A stretch of DNA of 64,000 nt from Candidatus Yonathbacteria bacterium RIFCSPHIGHO2_02_FULL_44_14 (lineage in GTDB: Bacteria; Patescibacteriota; Minisyncoccia; Phycocordibacterales; UBA1550): the NCBI GenBank assembly GCA_001823535.1, contig MHUT01000011.1, positions 9,864-73,863 on the forward strand, in the 5' to 3' direction. This document shows, piece by piece, positions 28,127-38,214 of the stretch; position 1 is the stretch's first letter; each line of letters starts with the position of its first letter. A program made the position numbers and the translations under genes. A model generated the notes under the pieces. It made no database searches. It worked only from the letters and a program-made list of their open reading frames with translations, and was not told where the DNA came from.

Positions 28127-29368
28127 ATGGCAGAGACAACAAACAATGCGAATAATGAGTTTTCCCATCCGAACGGCAAACACAGAGCGAGAAACACTCT
28201 TATTATTGTTGGTGTTATTCTCGTCGCATTTGGTATTGGCGGGTCACTCATCGCCTCACAAGGAATCAAAAAATTCTTCTGGGAAGCCCGCACAAAGTCG
28301 GAGATTAAAACAGTTATTGAATTGTATAGGGATTTAAATGAAACTGATATTGTTCACTGGCAAGAACGCGATGCACAGAGCCGCATAGAAACTTTTGGGC
28401 TGAAGATCAAGCAGTATCTTCCAAGCGTCGCTGCATTGAAAATTTTCACGCCTGACGGAACAATCGCATGGACTGATTTGCGAAACATTGAACCGGGGTA
28501 CCACGAGCCAGGCATCGAAGCCGAGATCAATGAAGTCGCAGCCGCCGAACAAATGATAAAGGGTGCAAGTGAGGCAACAAAGAGAGAGCTCGACAAAGCA
28601 GATCTGCTTGAAGTTTGGACAGTAATAAAAAACGCACAAGGAGAACCAATCGGCTTTATTGAACTCTATTTTGATAGTACTGATATCACAACGTTTATCA
28701 AAAAAATCCAGTACTATATCTGGGGCACAATCACTTTTGTGCTCGTTATTATCATCGTTTTACTTCGTCTCACGTTCCGAAAACAAGACGATCTTATTGT
28801 TCATCAAGCTCATGAACTTTCCAATGTGATCGAAAAAACACCTATTGGAATTTACATAATCAACCAAAAAGGAACTATCACGACAATCAACAAAAAAATG
28901 CTTGAACTCCTTGATGAAAAAGACGCTCGAAAAATTATCGGGCAAGATATCTTCACGCTCTCTTCTGTTCAAAAACTGAACATCGAAGGGTTAATCCATG
29001 AAGCGCTGCTAGGCACTCCGTTCAAAAAGGAAACAACCTGCACCACCGATAACGGAAACAAGCTCTGTCAATATTACCAGGCTACCCCGCTTTTTGATAG
29101 TGAGGAAAAATCTGTTGAGCAAGTCCTTCTTACGGTCGAAGATATCACCAACCAAAAGAAACTTGAAATAGATCTTGTCTCAGAAGCCAAAGGGCTCGAA
29201 TCGCTCGTTACCGAACGCACCAAGAATCTTGAAGAAAAAATTGCAGAACTTGAACAGTTCCAGCGCGTGACAGTGGATCGGGAAATACGCATGGCAGAAC
29301 TAAAGCAACAAATCGAAAAAATGCGCATCAAGCTCGAGAAGTTAGGAGCTACCGCCGAGACAGCCTAG
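28127..29368 (+). CDS. Membrane-anchored PAS-domain sensor ending in a coiled coil, no kinase domain
   Basis: 2 TM, PAS (PIGIYIIN...VEDITNQK), C-terminal VDREIRMAELK. Confidence 0.75.
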   Translation: MAETTNNANNEFSHPNGKHRARNTLIIVGVILVAFGIGGSLIASQGIKKFFWEARTKSEIKTVIELYRDLNETDIVHWQERDAQSRIETFGLKIKQYLPSVAALKIFTPDGTIAWTDLRNIEPGYHEPGIEAEINEVAAAEQMIKGASEATKRELDKADLLEVWTVIKNAQGEPIGFIELYFDSTDITTFIKKIQYYIWGTITFVLVIIIVLLRLTFRKQDDLIVHQAHELSNVIEKTPIGIYIINQKGTITTINKKMLELLDEKDARKIIGQDIFTLSSVQKLNIEGLIHEALLGTPFKKETTCTTDNGNKLCQYYQATPLFDSEEKSVEQVLLTVEDITNQKKLEIDLVSEAKGLESLVTERTKNLEEKIAELEQFQRVTVDREIRMAELKQQIEKMRIKLEKLGATAETA

Positions 29369-29432
29369 GACCGCTAAGCCTCATTTTCTTCAGATTAATG
29401 GCACAAAATCACGAACTCTGTAAACTCATTTT

Positions 29433-31313
29433 ATGAATAACGGACACATTGATTTTGAAAAAGCGCTCAGGTTTGAAATTTCCCTTGTTGTTCTTTTTAT
29501 TGCAACATTTGCACTCTACGTAGGAGGATTATTACCAGAAAAGTTTGAAGGACAAATCATTGGAATTGTTGGGTTTGTAGGAATATTTCCTGTAGCACAG
29601 AGTGCGTTTCGTTCTTTGCGTGAACAAAAAATAAATGTTGACCTTCTCGCGACAATCGCGCTTTTTTTCTCATTCATAAGCGCCGAGTGGGGCTCGATGC
29701 TTTTCATAAACCTCATGCTCGCTGGGGCACGAGTTCTTGACTTGTATACAAAAAGACGTGTTCGAATCTCGCTCGAGAGTCTCACAAAGTTAAAGCCCTC
29801 GAAGGCACGTATTCTTCGAGGAGCAGAGTCCTTAGAGGTTCCTCTTGCAGATGTACGAATCGGCGACCTCGTGGTTGTAAATCTCGGCGAGCAAATACCT
29901 GTTGATGGGTCAGTCTTCGAGGGTTCTGCGACAGTAAGCCAAGCATCCTTGACTGGTGAATCTGTGCCTGTGCTTCGGGAGCCAGGTTCGTCTGTGCTTT
30001 CTGCAACCGTTGTTGTTTCCGGAAATATTATCATTCGCACGGAACGCATCGGTGCTGAAACCACCTTCGAGCGAATGATAAACCTCATTGAGGCCTCTCA
30101 TGACGCAAAAACAAGAATGAGAACGTTCGCTGAGCGTTTTTCAAGCTGGTACATCGGCATTATGCTTGTAGTTGCAGTAATTCTTTATTTAATAACAAAA
30201 AATACGCAACTCGTGCTGGCAGTTGTGCTTGTAGTGTGTGCGGATGACATTGCTATTGCTGTTCCCCTCGCATATATAATCGCGATAGGCACAGCAGCAC
30301 GCCGTGGAATTATTGTAAAAAGCACCGATTTTCTGGAACTTGTGACAAAAATCACTACCCTTGTTGTAGACAAAACGGGAACACTAACGCTCGGCAAACT
30401 AGCAGTTGAAGATGTTCGGGCGTTTGGTGACACAACCACGGAGCAATTACTTGAGCTCTCTGGGATTATTTGTGCGCGTTCAAACCACCCAGTCTCAAAA
30501 GCAATAATGGAATATGCTAAGGAAAAGGGTTGCTCCTGCACACCGCTAGATCATTTTAAAGAAATCGAAGGTCGTGGCATCGTCGGGACTGATTTCAATG
30601 GCAAGGAAATAATAATTGGCAGACTTGAGTTTTTAAATGAACGAGAAATTAAACTTGAGCACGAAGCAAAAGTAGCAACAGATGGCTGGGTATCCAAGGG
30701 CTACAACATAACACTTATTGCTTTGAGTGGTAATGTGATTGGAATGTTCGCTCTCGCTGACAAGATGCGCGAAGGAGTAATTGACGCAATGAGTGTCCTC
30801 AAAAAAACCGGCGTTAAAGAAATTATAATGCTCACAGGTGACAATGAAGGAGTGGCAAAAAAAATTGCAGACCACCTTGGTATCGACAAATACTATTCAA
30901 AACTTCTTCCAGAACACAAAGTTTTCATTCTTAAAGATTATCTTGGAAAACAAGGAGGGGTGGTGGCAATGATAGGAGATGGGGTAAACGACGCCGCTGT
31001 GATAACCCGTGCCGATATTGGCATAGCAATGGGTGGCATCGGATCCGATGTCGCAATAGAATCAGCCGACATTGTTCTTATGCAAGATAATTTTGGAAAA
31101 ATCCTCGAACTGCGCAGTATCGCCAGAAAAGTTTCTGCTGTAGTACGTGAAAACTTTATTATATGGGGTGTGGTAAACGGAGTAGGACTTTATTTGGTAT
31201 TCGCCCATATCATAGGTCCGTCAGGCGCCGCCGCATACAATTTCCTCACCGACTTCCTCCCTATCGCAAACTCTCTTCGTCTTTTCCGTTATCGCCAAAA
31301 CAATATATACTAA
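29433..31313 (+). CDS. P1B-type heavy-metal-translocating ATPase with atypical CADD motif
   Basis: LTGES, DKTGTLT, SNHP, MLTGDN, GDGVNDA. Confidence 0.9.
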   Translation: MNNGHIDFEKALRFEISLVVLFIATFALYVGGLLPEKFEGQIIGIVGFVGIFPVAQSAFRSLREQKINVDLLATIALFFSFISAEWGSMLFINLMLAGARVLDLYTKRRVRISLESLTKLKPSKARILRGAESLEVPLADVRIGDLVVVNLGEQIPVDGSVFEGSATVSQASLTGESVPVLREPGSSVLSATVVVSGNIIIRTERIGAETTFERMINLIEASHDAKTRMRTFAERFSSWYIGIMLVVAVILYLITKNTQLVLAVVLVVCADDIAIAVPLAYIIAIGTAARRGIIVKSTDFLELVTKITTLVVDKTGTLTLGKLAVEDVRAFGDTTTEQLLELSGIICARSNHPVSKAIMEYAKEKGCSCTPLDHFKEIEGRGIVGTDFNGKEIIIGRLEFLNEREIKLEHEAKVATDGWVSKGYNITLIALSGNVIGMFALADKMREGVIDAMSVLKKTGVKEIIMLTGDNEGVAKKIADHLGIDKYYSKLLPEHKVFILKDYLGKQGGVVAMIGDGVNDAAVITRADIGIAMGGIGSDVAIESADIVLMQDNFGKILELRSIARKVSAVVRENFIIWGVVNGVGLYLVFAHIIGPSGAAAYNFLTDFLPIANSLRLFRYRQNNIY

Positions 31314-31318
31314 ATGAT

Positions 31319-33832
31319 ATGAATTTTTCCCCGTATGCTCAAAGTAATACCGAAAAAATAACAAAACTTTTTTCTGTCAATCCAGCACAGGGACTTTTGT
31401 CTGCGGAAATTGAAGGTCGGCGGAAAGAATCAGGAATGAACATACTTGAGGAAAGTAAAATTAGCCCGCTAAAAATTTTCCTTCGTCAATTTAAGTCATC
31501 CTTTATTTATTTGCTTCTTTTTGCGACAGTACTCTCATTTTCTCTTGGACAAACCACTGAAGGTGTGATGATTCTTATATTTCTCTTTATTAATGCATCC
31601 CTTGGATTTTACCAAGAGTATCGTTCTGAACAAACAGTTCTGCTTCTCAAGCGCTATGTTACCACTCGCGTCAAAGTAAGACGAGACGGGAGAGTTTCGA
31701 CTATAAACGCGAGAGAGCTCGTTTTGGGGGATATCGTAATTCTTGAGGCTGGCGACGGAGTACCGGCCGACATTCGCATTATTGAAGAAACAAACCTTGT
31801 GGTAAATGAGGAACCATTGACTGGTGAGTCCGTCTCAGTAGACAAAGAGAGCGCACCTCAAGCACACTCTGAAACGGAGCTCTATGAAGCTAAAAATATT
31901 TGCTTCTCTGGTACTACCGTTGTTTCTGGGCGCGCAGTGGGTATCGTATTCGCAACAGGCAATCGTACTATGATTGGTGGTATTGCAGAGCTCGCAGGTG
32001 GAGCGACACGCGTGAGTAGCTTTGAACAAGAACTCGGTAAATTCAGTCGCTTCATTTTATACCTTGTTATCGGCACACTCACATTTATCTTTGCGGTGAA
32101 TATTCTCCTTAAAGGTTTCTCTGCAAATATCGTCGAGCTCGCTATTTTTTCTATTGCGCTTGCGGTATCAGTCGTTCCCGAGGCGCTTCCGCTTGTTATG
32201 ACATTCTCACTCTCGCGAGGAGCACGACGTCTTGCAAAAGAGCATGTTGTTGTGAAGCGCCTATCCTCCATTGAGGACCTCGGCAGCATACAGATGCTCT
32301 GCACAGACAAAACGGGCACACTCACAGAAAACAAATTAACAGTCCACCAAACGTGCGGAAATGATGATAGGAGAACCATCATTGCGGGAGTTCTTGGAGG
32401 AAGCTATCTCGGCACAAAAGAGCGTGGTGGCACCCCCGACCCGTTTGATACAGCACTTTGGGAGGCACTTTCGCCTGAAGAACAATCTGTAGTCGATTCT
32501 CATATTCATCTGAATGATACGCCGTTTGACCCCATCCATAAAAAAAGCAGTGCTACTGTTAAGCACGGAGATGAAACAACGCTAATTGTTCGCGGAGCGC
32601 CCGAATCAATAATTAGCAGCTCAAAATTATCCGGCGAAGAGAGTTCAACTATTCTCAAGTGGGTTGCAGAAGAAGGTTTTGCGGGACGCCGCACTCTTGC
32701 AATCGCATCAAAAAAAATTATTAATACTGCTGACAATGACGATACAAATCTTACTTTTATTGGCTGTGTTTCCTTTATAGATCCAATCAAGGAAAGTGCG
32801 AAACAAGCGATTAAAGACGCACAGGCACTCGGGGTGAAAATCAAAATTTTGACCGGAGATAGTCGCGAGGTTGCAGGCGTGGTTGCACACGAAGTCGGAC
32901 TCGCTAAAACTCCAGATGATGTCCTCACTGCCCGTGAATTTTTTGCTCTTCCGGATGGTGTGCGTGAATCTGCACTCGAACAAACAAACGTATTTGCTCG
33001 CGTATCGCCAGAAGAAAAATATCGCCTGATTGAACTTCTTCAAAAAAATTACCAAGTTGGTTTCCTTGGTGAGGGCATAAATGACGCTCCTGCGCTTAAA
33101 ATTGCCAATGTTGCCATTGTTGTTGCGAGCGCATCTGACATCGCGCGCGAAGTCTCAGATATTATTCTTCTTGATAAAAGCCTCGCAGTGGTCATCGGGG
33201 GTATACGCGAAGGACGCGCAATTTTTGCAAATACAATCAAGTACATTAGGAGTTCTCTTTCGTCCAACTTCGGCAATTTTTATGCAGTTGCAATCTCTTC
33301 CCTATTTATCCCATTTCTGCCGATGCTTGCACTACAAATACTCCTTGTAAACCTCCTTTCCGACTTCCCCGCTATTGCTATCGCAACCGACACCGTGGAT
33401 GATGCCGAACTTCGCGAGCCACGACAGTATAATGTTCGAAAATTAGTTGCAATGGGTACCGTTCTCGGTATCGTTTCAACTGTTTTTGATTTTATAATTT
33501 TTGCTTCGTTCTATAAGATAGGCCCCGAAGCGCTCCAGACCCACTGGTTCATTGAAAGTATTTTGACTGAACTCCTCTTCCTCTTCTCAATCCGCTCACG
33601 TTCATTCTTCTGGAAAACGAAAGCGCCTTCTGTTATTTTGGTTCTACTTTCAGCACTCGCGGCATCTGCAACATTAATCATTCCATTCACGAGCATTGGG
33701 CAGTCACTATTCCACTTTATCGCACCCACAGCGGCTTCACTGGGCTTTGTACTCGGTATTGTTGCTCTCTATTTTATCACTACTGAATTCGCTAAAATAG
33801 CCTACTATAAACTTTCCGCTCCTGCGAAATAA
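31319..33832 (+). CDS. Cation-transporting P-type ATPase, MgtA-like
   Basis: TGES, VPEALP, DKTGTLT, GEGINDA, SSNFGN, LQILLVNLLSD, WFIES. Confidence 0.85.
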   Translation: MNFSPYAQSNTEKITKLFSVNPAQGLLSAEIEGRRKESGMNILEESKISPLKIFLRQFKSSFIYLLLFATVLSFSLGQTTEGVMILIFLFINASLGFYQEYRSEQTVLLLKRYVTTRVKVRRDGRVSTINARELVLGDIVILEAGDGVPADIRIIEETNLVVNEEPLTGESVSVDKESAPQAHSETELYEAKNICFSGTTVVSGRAVGIVFATGNRTMIGGIAELAGGATRVSSFEQELGKFSRFILYLVIGTLTFIFAVNILLKGFSANIVELAIFSIALAVSVVPEALPLVMTFSLSRGARRLAKEHVVVKRLSSIEDLGSIQMLCTDKTGTLTENKLTVHQTCGNDDRRTIIAGVLGGSYLGTKERGGTPDPFDTALWEALSPEEQSVVDSHIHLNDTPFDPIHKKSSATVKHGDETTLIVRGAPESIISSSKLSGEESSTILKWVAEEGFAGRRTLAIASKKIINTADNDDTNLTFIGCVSFIDPIKESAKQAIKDAQALGVKIKILTGDSREVAGVVAHEVGLAKTPDDVLTAREFFALPDGVRESALEQTNVFARVSPEEKYRLIELLQKNYQVGFLGEGINDAPALKIANVAIVVASASDIAREVSDIILLDKSLAVVIGGIREGRAIFANTIKYIRSSLSSNFGNFYAVAISSLFIPFLPMLALQILLVNLLSDFPAIAIATDTVDDAELREPRQYNVRKLVAMGTVLGIVSTVFDFIIFASFYKIGPEALQTHWFIESILTELLFLFSIRSRSFFWKTKAPSVILVLLSALAASATLIIPFTSIGQSLFHFIAPTAASLGFVLGIVALYFITTEFAKIAYYKLSAPAK

Positions 33833-33847
33833 TGGTATACTTAACAC

Positions 33848-35356
33848 ATGCAACTCTCTAAAAAACAAATCATCTGGGGTAGTATTATTATTGCAATTAT
33901 TATTGCTGGCTATTTTATTGTCAGCAACAAAGAAGGTGCTGTTGTACCAAATACTACAACCATCAAACGCGGCGATGTCATCCAGGAGGTGAGTGTCACG
34001 GGTCGCGTTAAACCCACATCCACCGTTGACCTTGGTTTTGAAAAAAGCGGGCGTGTCGCCGGTGTCTATGTGCGCGTCGGAGAGCATATCAATGCAGGCA
34101 AAACTCTTGCCGAAGTTGAATCCTCGAGCGCCGAGGGAAGTCTTATGGAGGCCGAAGCGCGTCTCTCGGAGCTCAAACGCGGGTCGCGACCAGAAGAGCT
34201 TACTGTCAAAAAAGCCGAGCTCGCAAAATACACTCAAGACCTCGACAACGCATATAGCGGCATCACAGATATTTTTAACGATGCTTTTGCTAAAGCTGAT
34301 GATGCGCTTCACACAAAGACAACTGGGATCTTTTCAGGTTTTAAAACTTCATCGTACAAATACACTTTTTCTATCTGCGACAGCAAGCAAGCCTTAAACA
34401 GCGAGTGGCTCCGCTATACGACCGAGATTGATTTCGATACATGGCGTACGGAAAACACAACACTCTCTATTACTTCTCCTAAAACAGAGCTCAGTGCCGC
34501 CCTTGGTCGCACAGGCAAACACCTTGAGGGAGTGCTCGCATTCCTTGAATCGGTCGGTCGCACACTTTCTCTCGACTGCACCATCACAAACAGCAGTCTT
34601 GATACATATCGCACAAACATCAACACCGCTCGCACAAACATCACTGCTGCCCTATCGAGCGTAAACACCAAACAACAATCAATCGCAGCTCTTGCGCTCA
34701 CTGTCGCAAAAGTTGAGGACGAACTCTCCCTCCTTGAAGCAGGTACTGCGAATGAGGTTGTCACTGCACAGGAAGCGCGAGTTCTTTCTGCACGCGGTGA
34801 ACTTGCAAAATACCGCATTTTTGCGCCAATCTCCGGAGTAATTACCAAAGCTGATATAGAAAACGGTGAAGGTGCTACTGTTGGAAGGACGGTATTTTCA
34901 ATCATTTCTGATACCTCATTCGAAATCGAAGCGTACATTCCAGAGGCGGATATAGCAAAAATAAAAATCAATGACTCTGCGCGAGTTACACTTGATGCTT
35001 ACGGATCGGATGTACTATTTGAAGCGCGCGTAACAATGATTGACCCCGCAGAGACAATTATAGACAATGTTCCCACATATAAAACGACGCTTCATTTCGC
35101 CAAAAATGATCCTCGCATTAAATCCGGGATGACTGCGAATATCGACATCAGCACTTCTTCGCGCACAAATGCTCTTTTTATCCCTGAGCGCTCGATTATC
35201 ACACGAAATGGTGAGAAATTTATCCGCACCGTGACTCCCGACAGCACAACAACCGATGTCCGCGTAACAGTAGGCCTCAAAGGCTCCGATGGGTCAATCG
35301 AAATCCTCTCTGGCGCAACAGAAGGATCCACCATCATCATGGCGCCAAAGGACTAG
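33848..35356 (+). CDS. Efflux adaptor (MacA/HlyD family)
   Basis: N-terminal TM, VSVTGRV, APISGVI, EADIAKI, GMTANI. Confidence 0.88.
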   Translation: MQLSKKQIIWGSIIIAIIIAGYFIVSNKEGAVVPNTTTIKRGDVIQEVSVTGRVKPTSTVDLGFEKSGRVAGVYVRVGEHINAGKTLAEVESSSAEGSLMEAEARLSELKRGSRPEELTVKKAELAKYTQDLDNAYSGITDIFNDAFAKADDALHTKTTGIFSGFKTSSYKYTFSICDSKQALNSEWLRYTTEIDFDTWRTENTTLSITSPKTELSAALGRTGKHLEGVLAFLESVGRTLSLDCTITNSSLDTYRTNINTARTNITAALSSVNTKQQSIAALALTVAKVEDELSLLEAGTANEVVTAQEARVLSARGELAKYRIFAPISGVITKADIENGEGATVGRTVFSIISDTSFEIEAYIPEADIAKIKINDSARVTLDAYGSDVLFEARVTMIDPAETIIDNVPTYKTTLHFAKNDPRIKSGMTANIDISTSSRTNALFIPERSIITRNGEKFIRTVTPDSTTTDVRVTVGLKGSDGSIEILSGATEGSTIIMAPKD

Positions 35357-35410
35357 GGAATGTTGGTCTCGCGCCCGTTATAAATTCAATATTCCAAATT
35401 CTACCCATTT

Positions 35411-36133
35411 ATGCCACTCATTGAAGTCAGGAACCTTACAAAGGTATACGTGAATGACGAAATAGAAACGCCTGTTCTTCATGGTGTTTCATTTGGGATT
35501 GAGCGAGGCGAGTTCGTTGCTATTATGGGTCCATCTGGCTCTGGCAAGTCCACCTTACTCCACGTTCTTGGCTTTCTTGACGGATACACTAACGGCTCGT
35601 ATCGCTTTGAAGACAAAGAAGCAAGTACATACGAGGGTGATGCAATGTCGCATATTCGTAACAAAAAACTTGGTTTTATCTTTCAGTCATTCAACCTTCT
35701 CGCACACGCAAGCGTTTTTGAAAACGTTAAACTCCCACTTTTTTATTCAGACATTCCAGAATCAGAATGGACCAAACTAGTAACCGATGCGATAGAAACT
35801 GTTGGGCTCACGCATCGTACAGATTTTGACGTCACCCGCCTTTCTGGTGGTGAAAAACAGCGTGTTGCTATAGCTCGAGCACTAGTGTGTAGCCCTGAAG
35901 TTATTTTTGCAGATGAACCAACAGGCAATCTGGACTCAAAGTCTGGTGGTGGAGTGATGCAGACTCTCCAGGACCTCAACGAGAAACACGGGCACACAAT
36001 AATACTTATCACTCACGAAACCTACACTGCCGAACACGCGCGACGTATCATCCGCATCAAAGATGGTCTGATCGAAAGCGATACAGAGGTTGTAGCCCGC
36101 CGACACACAACTGCTGGAATGCTCATGAAATAA
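35411..36133 (+). CDS. ABC transporter ATP-binding protein (MacB/LolD-like)
   Basis: [33 protein letters not shown]. Confidence 0.95.
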   Translation: MPLIEVRNLTKVYVNDEIETPVLHGVSFGIERGEFVAIMGPSGSGKSTLLHVLGFLDGYTNGSYRFEDKEASTYEGDAMSHIRNKKLGFIFQSFNLLAHASVFENVKLPLFYSDIPESEWTKLVTDAIETVGLTHRTDFDVTRLSGGEKQRVAIARALVCSPEVIFADEPTGNLDSKSGGGVMQTLQDLNEKHGHTIILITHETYTAEHARRIIRIKDGLIESDTEVVARRHTTAGMLMK

Positions 36134-36137
36134 CACA

Positions 36138-37373
36138 ATGAAACTTAAACACAGTCTAAAAACTGCATATACAGGACTTGAGCAAAATCGCGCGCGGTCT
36201 TTCCTCACCATACTCGGTATTGTCATTGGTGTTGCCGCAATCATTCTAGTAATGTCACTTGGTCAAGGCGCTCAAGCGCTTATTCTAGACCAGGTAAAAG
36301 GTATGGGCACTCGTACGATTATTGTTGGTGGTGGTCGAGAACCAAAAGGTCCATCCGATGCGGGGCAGATTTTTAATGATTCACTCAAAAAGCGTGACTT
36401 AGATTTTCTTGAACGTCGAGAAAATACCCCAAGCGTAAAATTTGTTATGCCTCTTATTTTTGGAGCAGCAGGTGCCTCCTATCAAAGCGATACTTACAAT
36501 CTCACTATTTTTGGTGCATCCCCTCTTATGGAAAAAATCTTTGACATGCCTTTCAAAACTGGTGGGATGTTTACAGAAGAGGACATCCGCGCGCGAGCTA
36601 AATATGTAATAATTGGCAACAAAGTAAAAACTCAACTTTTTGGCGCTGATGACGCGATTGGACAAGTAATAAAAATGAAGGGTTACAACTTCCGTGTTAT
36701 TGGAGTTCTTACGGAACAAGGACAGAGCGCATTTAACTTTGATGAAGCTGCCATCATTCCCTACACCACTGCCCAGGACTACGTTCTTGGTATTAAATAT
36801 TTTAACAGGTTTGTCATTGAAGCACAGAGTGATGAGCTGGTTAATAGCGCGTCAGATGAGGTTGCGCTTACTCTACGCGAGTCGCACAATATCACTGATC
36901 CGGCTAAAGATGATTTCTTTGTAATAACACAGGTCAGCCTCGCAAATAGCCTTTCTTCTATCACATCGGTCCTTACGATATTTCTTGCCGCCGTTGCCGC
37001 GATATCGCTCATTGTTGGCGGTATCGGTATCATGAATATAATGCTCGTTTCGGTCACCGAGCGCACCAAGGAGATTGGTCTCCGTAAAGCGCTCGGAGCC
37101 ACCTACAAGGACATTCTCACCCAATTCCTCCTTGAAGCCGTCATGCTCACCGGCATGGGCGGTCTCGTCGGAATTCTCTTGGGCGCTTTTCTCTCGTGGG
37201 CGATATCTGCAGGAATCACACAATTTACAAGTATCGCGTGGACATTTAGCTTTCCTGTTTCCGCGGCACTTCTCGGTCTCGGCGTCTCAGGCGCAATAGG
37301 ACTTATTTTTGGGCTCTATCCAGCTCGCACCGCCGCTCGCAAGAGCCCCATCGACGCCCTCCGTTATGAGTAA
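36138..37373 (+). CDS. ABC transporter permease (MacB/FtsX family)
   Basis: RSFLTILGIVIGV, GGIGIMNIMLVSVTERTKEIGLRKALGA, PIDALRYE. Confidence 0.95.
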   Translation: MKLKHSLKTAYTGLEQNRARSFLTILGIVIGVAAIILVMSLGQGAQALILDQVKGMGTRTIIVGGGREPKGPSDAGQIFNDSLKKRDLDFLERRENTPSVKFVMPLIFGAAGASYQSDTYNLTIFGASPLMEKIFDMPFKTGGMFTEEDIRARAKYVIIGNKVKTQLFGADDAIGQVIKMKGYNFRVIGVLTEQGQSAFNFDEAAIIPYTTAQDYVLGIKYFNRFVIEAQSDELVNSASDEVALTLRESHNITDPAKDDFFVITQVSLANSLSSITSVLTIFLAAVAAISLIVGGIGIMNIMLVSVTERTKEIGLRKALGATYKDILTQFLLEAVMLTGMGGLVGILLGAFLSWAISAGITQFTSIAWTFSFPVSAALLGLGVSGAIGLIFGLYPARTAARKSPIDALRYE

Positions 37374-37378
37374 TTTTG

Positions 37379-37697
37379 GAATATAGGACCCATACCGCAG
37401 AAACCGGAAGGTAATACTTTGAATTCGCTCTGCTCATGCAGAAGCGTTGCTGAATCTGGTGATTCAGCATTTGGTGATTTGTCTATATCGCTAATAAATT
37501 TTTTGCGATGAATATAGACCCCTGCGGCAGAGACCGCAGGGTAATACTTGGAACTCGCTTCGCTCATGCAGAAGCGTGGCAGAGACCACGCGGTATTGAC
37601 CTATATTAGCTCCTCGGCTCAGGAACGAAAAAGATTACTTTTCTTTTTGTCTTCGTCCAAGACGCGAACTTGCTAGTTCGTCTACGTCGCTAATAAT
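37379..37697. repeat. Structured intergenic repeat complex (two ~100-120-nt related modules plus TATTAGC/GCTAATA element containing CAA motif copy D at 37654-37680)
   Basis: 38-nt core at 37410-37447 and 37540-37577 (34/38 identical); multiple hairpins. Confidence 0.7.
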
Positions 37698-37726
37698 CCT
37701 TCGTTTATGAGCGATATTTAACTGTA

Positions 37727-38188
37727 TTAGTTGGTGACTTCACTCCACGTTGTGCTTGTTATGTCTCCATCGGTACCTAGAGCAACGACTACCTGTAAAG
37801 TACGTGTACTTGATTTCATTATCCCCTTTGCGGTGACTGTTTTTGCGGTGTCATTACCCGTCACGCTCATTTTTGCACAATCGTTACCGAGACTGCACCC
37901 GTTAGTACTAAAATCTACGGTATAGCAGTCAGTCGTTGCGCAAGTGTAACCCTTGTTACGCGCAATTCGTATTAGTGCATCGCGAGTACCAGACTCCGCA
38001 TAAAAAAGCGCTTTGTTAGATTGTATATTTCCTTGTGATACAAATGATTCTGTCAGAGAAACTGCGGTAATACCCACTGCAACCACGAGCGACATGACAC
38101 CAAGCATAATCACAGTAGGAAGCGTTGCGATACCGCTGGAAGAACATTTGATATACGACTTTTGGCATGCGCCCTTTTTGTTTGGCAT
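37727..38188 (-). CDS. PilX-like minor pilin
   Basis: GIATLPTVIML (no Glu5), ALFYAESG. Confidence 0.75.
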   Translation of the reverse strand: MPNKKGACQKSYIKCSSSGIATLPTVIMLGVMSLVVAVGITAVSLTESFVSQGNIQSNKALFYAESGTRDALIRIARNKGYTCATTDCYTVDFSTNGCSLGNDCAKMSVTGNDTAKTVTAKGIMKSSTRTLQVVVALGTDGDITSTTWSEVTN

Positions 38189-38214
38189 TTTATTAAATGT
38201 TAATTGTTTATCGT

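Noticed and set aside
31163-31318. N-terminal extension of the MgtA-like ORF (similar extensions for pyk, both kinases and pilM)
   Set aside because: They overlap upstream genes or regulatory DNA; better downstream ATGs exist
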